A stretch of 64,000 nt of DNA from Bacillota bacterium (lineage in GTDB: Bacteria > Bacillota > Limnochordia > Darwinibacteriales > DTU012): NCBI GenBank assembly GCA_012520795.1, contig JAAYNP010000072.1, positions 7,074-71,073 on the forward strand, given 5' to 3'. The notes under the pieces were generated by a model. It saw only the letters and a program-made list of their open reading frames with translations, made no database searches and was not told the origin of the DNA. Shown here in pieces: positions 59,369 through 64,000 of this stretch. Each line of letters begins with the position of its first letter. Position 1 is the stretch's first letter. The translations under genes and the position numbers were made by a program.

Positions 59369-61432
59369 TCACAGTTTGGTAACAATCAAGCTAAAATCGG
59401 CATATTGGCGATACAAGTCTACAACCTGCCGCAGCAGCCCCAAGCGGTTTGCCCGGATCTGAGGGTCAGGGTCCATGATCATCACTGTATCAAAGAAAAC
59501 ATCCACCGGCTGCCTAAGCCGGGCCAACATCTGCAAACTCTCCAGGTAGGCCTGGGACTCGAATTTCTTACGGAATCCTGCTGCGACTGCAGCCACTCCC
59601 TCTGCAAAGGACTGCTCCGCTTGGGAGAAAAGCTCGGGATTGACACTAGACTCCCCATTCTTAGCTGTGATGCGGCTGCAGCGTTCAAAAGCAATATAGA
59701 AATCGGCAAACTGATCATGCTCGCGAAACTGATCAAGGGCCACAATCTTGGCCTTCAATTGAGGCAGACTCCGCAGGCCAAGGGCAAGAACAGCGTCAAT
59801 TGTGTCGTAGCTGTAACCTTGGTCCAGCAGGTTGACTCGGACCCGGCCAGCGAAAAACAGGGTCAATGCATCAAGAATGGCTTGAGCCTTTTCGGCAAAC
59901 TGCCCGCCGTAAGCCGCCAAAGCAGTTTGCAAAAGTTCGTGAAGATCAATATCGATATTATAAGCCAGAAGCATCTGGACAATGCCTAACGCCTGCCTGC
60001 GCAGGGCAAACGGATCCTGTGAGCTGGTCGGGGTTTTGCCCAAGCCGAAATATCCGGCCAGTGTATCCAGTTTGTCAGCCAGGCTGACAACCAACCCGGG
60101 AATTGTCTTGGGCAGCTCATCCTGGGCAAACCGAGGCCGGTAGTGTTCCTCAATTCCCACTGCCACCAGTGGATCCTCGCCACTAATCAGTGCATACTTA
60201 CCGCCCATAATCCCCTGCAGTTCGGGAAACTCATAAACCATGCTTGTAACCAGATCCGCCTTGGCGAGCCTTGCTGTCCTCTTCACGAGCTCCAGTTCGC
60301 TTTCGTTACCGAGCAGCCGGCATATCGCCTCACTAGTCGCCTCCAGGCGCTCGACCTTGTCGTAAACAGTTCCCAAACCATCTTGGAAGACAACCATTTT
60401 CAGGCGTTCCACATAACTTTCCAACGGCTGCCTGCAGTCCTCTTCAAAAAAGAACTTGGCATCAGCCAAACGGGCTTTTAAGACTTTTGCATTGTTTGCT
60501 GCAACCACATCCAAGTGATTGTCGGCGCCGTTACGCACTCCGATAAATCTGGGCAGCAGATTCTTTTCATGATCAAACACTGGAAAGTAACGCTGATGTT
60601 CCTTCATGGTTGTGACCAGCACTTCTGCCGGGATGCTCAAAAACTCCTCAGGAAAACTGCCTGCAAAGGCAGTGGGGTATTCCACGAGGTTAGTTACTTC
60701 ATCCAGCAAACTCTGATCTTCAGGTACTGCGCCATTCATTTTGGCTGCCAAACGAGCTAGCTGCTCTTCGATCATCAGCCGGCGCAGACGGTGATCGGCA
60801 ATTACATAAGCTTGTCTGAGGGTATCGAGATAAGTTTCTGGATTGGAGATCACTACTTCGCCCTTGGCCAATTGACGGTGCCCGTAGGAAGTATTGCCGG
60901 ACGTAATATTTTCCAATGTAAATGAAACCACTTGCTCATCCAGCAGAGCCACCACCCAGCGCAGCGGCCGGGCTGCCTTCAATTCATAATTGCCCCAGCG
61001 CATGTTCTTCGGATAGGACATCGAAGCGATCAGCTCCGGCAGCATTGCTGCCAACACCTCTTTAACCGGACGGCCTTGCTCATACTTAACGGCAAAGACA
61101 TACTGAGCATCATCCACTGTTTTGACAATCAAATCCTGGACATCCACTCCCTGGGAACGGGCAAAGCCTTCCGCTGCCTTTGTGGGCACTCCTTCGGCAT
61201 AGGCAATATTATGGGGTGGCCCCTTGACTTCCAAAGTTAGATCCGTTTGTTTGGCAGCAATTCCCTGAACAACAACTGCCAGGCGCCTTGGTGTGCTGTA
61301 TGTTTTGGTGCCTTCAAACTCAATCCGGTATTCAGTCAATTTAGCCTGCAAACTCTCTTCCAGCTGAGTGACGGCTGGATTAATAAACCTTGCGGGCAAT
61401 TCTTCCATCCCGATTTCCAGAAGTAACTTCAT
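59369..61432 (-). CDS. glyS: glycine--tRNA ligase beta subunit
   Basis: [17 protein letters not shown]-terminus, 687 aa. Overlaps the glyQ stop. Confidence 0.95.
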   Translation of the reverse strand: MKLLLEIGMEELPARFINPAVTQLEESLQAKLTEYRIEFEGTKTYSTPRRLAVVVQGIAAKQTDLTLEVKGPPHNIAYAEGVPTKAAEGFARSQGVDVQDLIVKTVDDAQYVFAVKYEQGRPVKEVLAAMLPELIASMSYPKNMRWGNYELKAARPLRWVVALLDEQVVSFTLENITSGNTSYGHRQLAKGEVVISNPETYLDTLRQAYVIADHRLRRLMIEEQLARLAAKMNGAVPEDQSLLDEVTNLVEYPTAFAGSFPEEFLSIPAEVLVTTMKEHQRYFPVFDHEKNLLPRFIGVRNGADNHLDVVAANNAKVLKARLADAKFFFEEDCRQPLESYVERLKMVVFQDGLGTVYDKVERLEATSEAICRLLGNESELELVKRTARLAKADLVTSMVYEFPELQGIMGGKYALISGEDPLVAVGIEEHYRPRFAQDELPKTIPGLVVSLADKLDTLAGYFGLGKTPTSSQDPFALRRQALGIVQMLLAYNIDIDLHELLQTALAAYGGQFAEKAQAILDALTLFFAGRVRVNLLDQGYSYDTIDAVLALGLRSLPQLKAKIVALDQFREHDQFADFYIAFERCSRITAKNGESSVNPELFSQAEQSFAEGVAAVAAGFRKKFESQAYLESLQMLARLRQPVDVFFDTVMIMDPDPQIRANRLGLLRQVVDLYRQYADFSLIVTKL

Positions 61433-62313
61433 GATTGCTTCACCTCACGTTTCAGCATCGGAAAACCAAGCCGCTCCCGTTCAGCAAGATATGCTTGTGC
61501 TGCCTGGCGTGCCAGCGCCCGGACTCTGGCGATATATCCTGTCCTCTCAGTGACACTGATCGCATTCCCGGCATCCAGCAGGTTAAATGTATGGGAGCAT
61601 TTGAGCACATAGTCATACCCGGGAAGCACCAACCCCAGATCAATTAATCGTTTGGCTTCACTTTCGTACATTTCAAACAGGGCAAACAACCCTCTGGCAT
61701 CGGAATGATCGAAGTTGTACTTGGAATATTCCACCTCATTTTGGTGGAATACATCTCCGTATGTCACACCATCGACCCACTCCAGATCAAATATGCTGTC
61801 CACACCCTGGATGAACATAGCCAGCCTTTCCAAGCCATAAGTGATTTCTGCACATACCGGTTTCACATCGATACTGCCAACCTGTTGAAAATATGTAAAC
61901 TGGGTGATTTCCATCCCGTCAAGCCAAACTTCCCAACCCAACCCCCATGCGCCCAGAGTTGGAGACTCCCAGTCATCCTCCACAAACCGGACGTCATGAT
62001 TAGCCAGGCAAATCCCAAGGGCTTCAAGGCTGTCCAGATAGATGTCCTGGACATTGTCGGGAGACGGTTTGAGGAGTACTTGAAACTGGTAATAATGCTG
62101 TACCCGGTTTGGATTCTCGCCATACCTGCCGTCTGTGGGGCGCCGGCACGGCTGAACATATGCCACATTCCAGGGTTCCGGCCCGAGAGCCTTTAGAAAC
62201 GTAGCCGGAGCCATGGTGCCTGCTCCCACCTCCATGTCATACGGTTGATAGATAATGCAGCCTTGCTTGCCCCAATAGGATTGGAGATTGAGAATCAGCT
62301 CTTGGAAATTCAT
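61429..62313 (-). CDS. glyQ: glycine--tRNA ligase alpha subunit
   Basis: [19 protein letters not shown].., [14 protein letters not shown]. Confidence 0.95.
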   Translation of the reverse strand: MNFQELILNLQSYWGKQGCIIYQPYDMEVGAGTMAPATFLKALGPEPWNVAYVQPCRRPTDGRYGENPNRVQHYYQFQVLLKPSPDNVQDIYLDSLEALGICLANHDVRFVEDDWESPTLGAWGLGWEVWLDGMEITQFTYFQQVGSIDVKPVCAEITYGLERLAMFIQGVDSIFDLEWVDGVTYGDVFHQNEVEYSKYNFDHSDARGLFALFEMYESEAKRLIDLGLVLPGYDYVLKCSHTFNLLDAGNAISVTERTGYIARVRALARQAAQAYLAERERLGFPMLKREVKQS

Positions 62314-62337
62314 ACGTTCACCCTCTTAAAAGGAATT

Positions 62338-62380
62338 CAAATAAAAATAAACCTCCGCCCGCATGCAGGGACGAAAGGTT
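62338..62380 (-). terminator. intrinsic terminator within the glyQS leader (attenuator)
   Basis: RNA AACCUUUCGUCCC-loop-GCGGGCGGAGGUU (about 11 bp with one bulge) followed by UAUUUUUAUUU, 25 nt before the glyQ RBS. Confidence 0.65.
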
Positions 62381-62409
62381 AGTTTCCGCGGGATTATGAA
62401 ACTGCTCTC

Positions 62410-62438
62410 AATATAGCAAAAACGAAGAATAGTGTCAA
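62410..62438 (-). promoter_or_regulatory. candidate sigma-A promoter of glyQS (TTGACA, 17 nt, TATATT)
   Basis: The -35 at 62433-62438 and the -10 at 62410-62415. The -35 overlaps the 3' arm of the upstream hairpin. Confidence 0.6.
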
Positions 62439-62477
62439 GGTGTGCCACAGCCAATGGCACACCTTTGTCTCAATTCT
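62418..62477 (-). terminator. long hairpin at the end of the DUF4342 gene (probable recO-operon terminator)
   Basis: RNA AGAAU-UGAGACA-AAGGUGUGCCA-UUGGCUG-UGGCACACCUU-GACACU-AUUCU followed by UCGUUUUU. Confidence 0.55.
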
Positions 62478-62862
62478 GGTTTTGACTCTGAAACTCGTCA
62501 AATTCAATTGAACACTTGGTCAACAGACAGGCAGCCCCGGCAAGCAGAGCAAGTTTCGGGGCAAAAACTGTCCCCAGCACACCGGCTGTAACCGGAAATT
62601 CCATGATCACCCTGTCATTTGCCTTAATCCGGATGTTGGTAACATTGCCTCTGTGGATCAACTGCTTGACCCGCTCGACTACCTCCATCCCCCGCACTTC
62701 CCAAACACTCCTGCTTGAGTTTTGGTCAGCTGCAATCAGAGCATCCATCACATCCCAACCGACCGACTCCAGCAGCGCCCGGGCATCTGCAAAACTAAGG
62801 CCGGTACGCTCGCGGACAACATCTATCTTCCTCAGCTCTTCATTGAGCACTTCCACTGACAT
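62470..62862 (-). CDS. DUF4342 domain protein with N-terminal UBA/TS-N-like helix bundle
   Basis: The pattern VRERTGLSFADARALLESVGWDVMDAL followed by VTNIRIKANDRVIMEFPVTAGVLG fits DUF4342 as I recall it. Confidence 0.6.
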   Translation of the reverse strand: MSVEVLNEELRKIDVVRERTGLSFADARALLESVGWDVMDALIAADQNSSRSVWEVRGMEVVERVKQLIHRGNVTNIRIKANDRVIMEFPVTAGVLGTVFAPKLALLAGAACLLTKCSIEFDEFQSQNQN

Positions 62863-63618
62863 CTAACTTGTCACCTCCGAATCGGGAAAATCGTTCAAAG
62901 TGTGCATGAACTCCAGCGACCGCATTGGTTTATCGAGCCGGTAATCGATATACGCACGCATACATGATTCCAGTTCCTCAAGGCTTTGGCTCGAGGGCCG
63001 AAGAATTGTCAGACGTGACCAGTCCCATTCCAAAATCCGGCTGATCAAAGCCCTGGTACCCTTTGAGATAACATGGACAGGTGCTGCTTTGTGCTTGCAT
63101 GACTCGCACACCGCTCCCCCTTCCCGGGAAAACATAACCTGTTCCGCCACAGAGCCACCACAATGAGTACAGGTCTGCAGCTGCGGTTCATAGCCCAACT
63201 GCTGCATGATCTTCAACTCGAACACTCGCAGAGCAAATTTAACAACTCCTGTTTCAATCATTCTTAATGTATTGCTGATTAGATCAAATGTTTCCTGATT
63301 TGCCTCCTCCACTTCCACAAAAGCATCCACAAGTTCACAGATGTACATTGCTGCTGCCATCTTTTCCAAATCATCGCGGATTTCCTGAAAAGAATGGATG
63401 ATCTCTCCTTGGCTGAGTGTGTCCATGGACTTTCCTTCAAACATCAGGTAACGCCCGTGGGTAAAAACCTGAGTCACACCCAACAGCCGGTTGCGGGTGC
63501 GGCGGGCTCCCCGGGCTACAGCCACTATTTTCCCCCTGGCGCTGGTGTACATTGTCACGATCTTGTCTGCTTCGCCCAGGTTTCTGGTGCGCACGATTAC
63601 CCCCTCAGTCTTGTACAA
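62863..63618 (-). CDS. recO: DNA repair protein RecO
   Basis: MYKTEGVIVRTRNLGEADKIVTMYT OB-fold N-terminus, zinc motif CTHCGG..CESC. TTG start. Confidence 0.9.
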   Translation of the reverse strand: MYKTEGVIVRTRNLGEADKIVTMYTSARGKIVAVARGARRTRNRLLGVTQVFTHGRYLMFEGKSMDTLSQGEIIHSFQEIRDDLEKMAAAMYICELVDAFVEVEEANQETFDLISNTLRMIETGVVKFALRVFELKIMQQLGYEPQLQTCTHCGGSVAEQVMFSREGGAVCESCKHKAAPVHVISKGTRALISRILEWDWSRLTILRPSSQSLEELESCMRAYIDYRLDKPMRSLEFMHTLNDFPDSEVTS

Positions 63619-63625
63619 GCGTTAT

Positions 63626-63778
63626 TCATCCTCTCTCGAAGGCAATATCACCCAACTCCCTATCGTCCTCTGCATCTAAGGCAATGTCAGGTTCGCTGTC
63701 TGTATACTTATAAAGCAGATAAAGCCCAATCGCACCCGTTTGCACAAACAAATTCCAAAAGACACTGCTTGCGGACAC
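63626..63778 (-). CDS. YqzL-like small protein (50 aa)
   Basis: Below the ORF-track size cutoff. GTG start behind GAGGGAGG. The translation VSASSVFWNLFVQTGAIGLYLLYKYTDSEPDIALDAEDDRELGDIAFERG carries the W.LF..TG.I..YLLYK signature of YqzL, a family found next to recO in Bacilli. Confidence 0.6.
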   Translation of the reverse strand: MSASSVFWNLFVQTGAIGLYLLYKYTDSEPDIALDAEDDRELGDIAFERG

Positions 63779-63823
63779 AGCGAGACACCTCCCTCGGATA
63801 TATCCTTCCCATCAGAGGGAGGG

Positions 63824-64000
63824 TTATGCTTCAAACAACTTGCCCGACTCCCCATGTGGCTGGGGTGTTCCCAAATACTGGTACCCCAAATGCGTTACAA
63901 TCCGCCCCCGGTTTGTCCTTTGCAGAAAACCAAGCTGCAGAAGATACGGCTCGTACACATCTTCGATAGTGTTTGCTTCTTCGCTGATAGCCGCAGCTAT
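63824..64000 (-). CDS. ruvB: Holliday junction helicase RuvB, C-terminal end (5' part outside the window)
   Basis: Not in the ORF track. Minus-strand translation ..[33 protein letters not shown] is the conserved RuvB domain III tail. Confidence 0.8.
   Translation of the reverse strand: MAAAISEEANTIEDVYEPYLLQLGFLQRTNRGRIVTHLGYQYLGTPQPHGESGKLFEA

Noticed and set aside
62437-62465. Hairpin with a GGC loop as a bona fide T-box Stem I
   Set aside because: Canonical Stem I presents the codon in an internal specifier loop and has AG-bulge and distal-loop elements that are absent here. The hairpin is also explained as the recO-operon terminator and overlaps the glyQS -35. It is kept only as a speculative note within the glyQS leader finding.
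1-64000. CRISPR arrays, IS elements, prophage genes, toxin-antitoxin pairs, restriction-modification or other known defence systems
   Set aside because: None found. No intergenic region longer than about 170 nt, other than 41.1-41.66 kb (rnpB) and 51.86-52.41 kb (the leader), is left unexplained, and neither contains direct-repeat arrays.

Overview
This window looks like core chromosome of an endospore-forming Firmicute (Clostridia-like, moderate GC by eye, not computed). Almost all genes are on the minus strand. In minus-strand reading order (high to low coordinates) I recognise:
- ruvB (3' end), a yqzL-like small ORF, recO, a DUF4342 gene and glyQS
- ppdK, a dGTPase-like HD protein, dnaG-sigA and a tRNA(CAU)
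- a less conserved block: porin-like beta-barrel protein, CPBP protease, fhs, and a LacI regulator with two ABC exporter genes
- nif3, a DksA/TraR zinc finger and RNase P RNA (rnpB)
- a dcw cluster: mraZ, rsmH, ftsL, PBP, murE, murF, mraY, ftsW, murA, ftsQ, ftsZ
- a sporulation sigma locus: spoIIGA-sigE on the plus strand, divergent from sigG-spoIIR
- ylmC, nrdR, pgeF, ftsK, a RodZ-like gene, UPF0182, spoIIP and murC
- a plus-strand SNF2 helicase and yqhG-like pair
- rimO, pgsA, an unknown membrane protein and a short FtsH-like protease
- cinA, a membrane metallophosphoesterase, recA, recX, rny, an orphan gene and ymdB (5' part)

I found no CRISPR array, transposase, integrase, prophage or recognisable defence system, so I cannot point to a clear undescribed system. 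The least explained signals are:
1. A glyQS leader with a terminator and half of a T-box-like sequence, but no canonical T-box.
2. A roughly 0.5 kb structured non-coding leader upstream of a porin-like beta-barrel gene, in a spore former.
3. An inverted spoIIGA-sigE unit facing sigG-spoIIR.
4. A dcw cluster lacking murD, murG, murB and ftsA.
5. Several conserved-neighbourhood orphan genes.

All calls come from reading the sequence and translations and from recalled family signatures. No database search was run.
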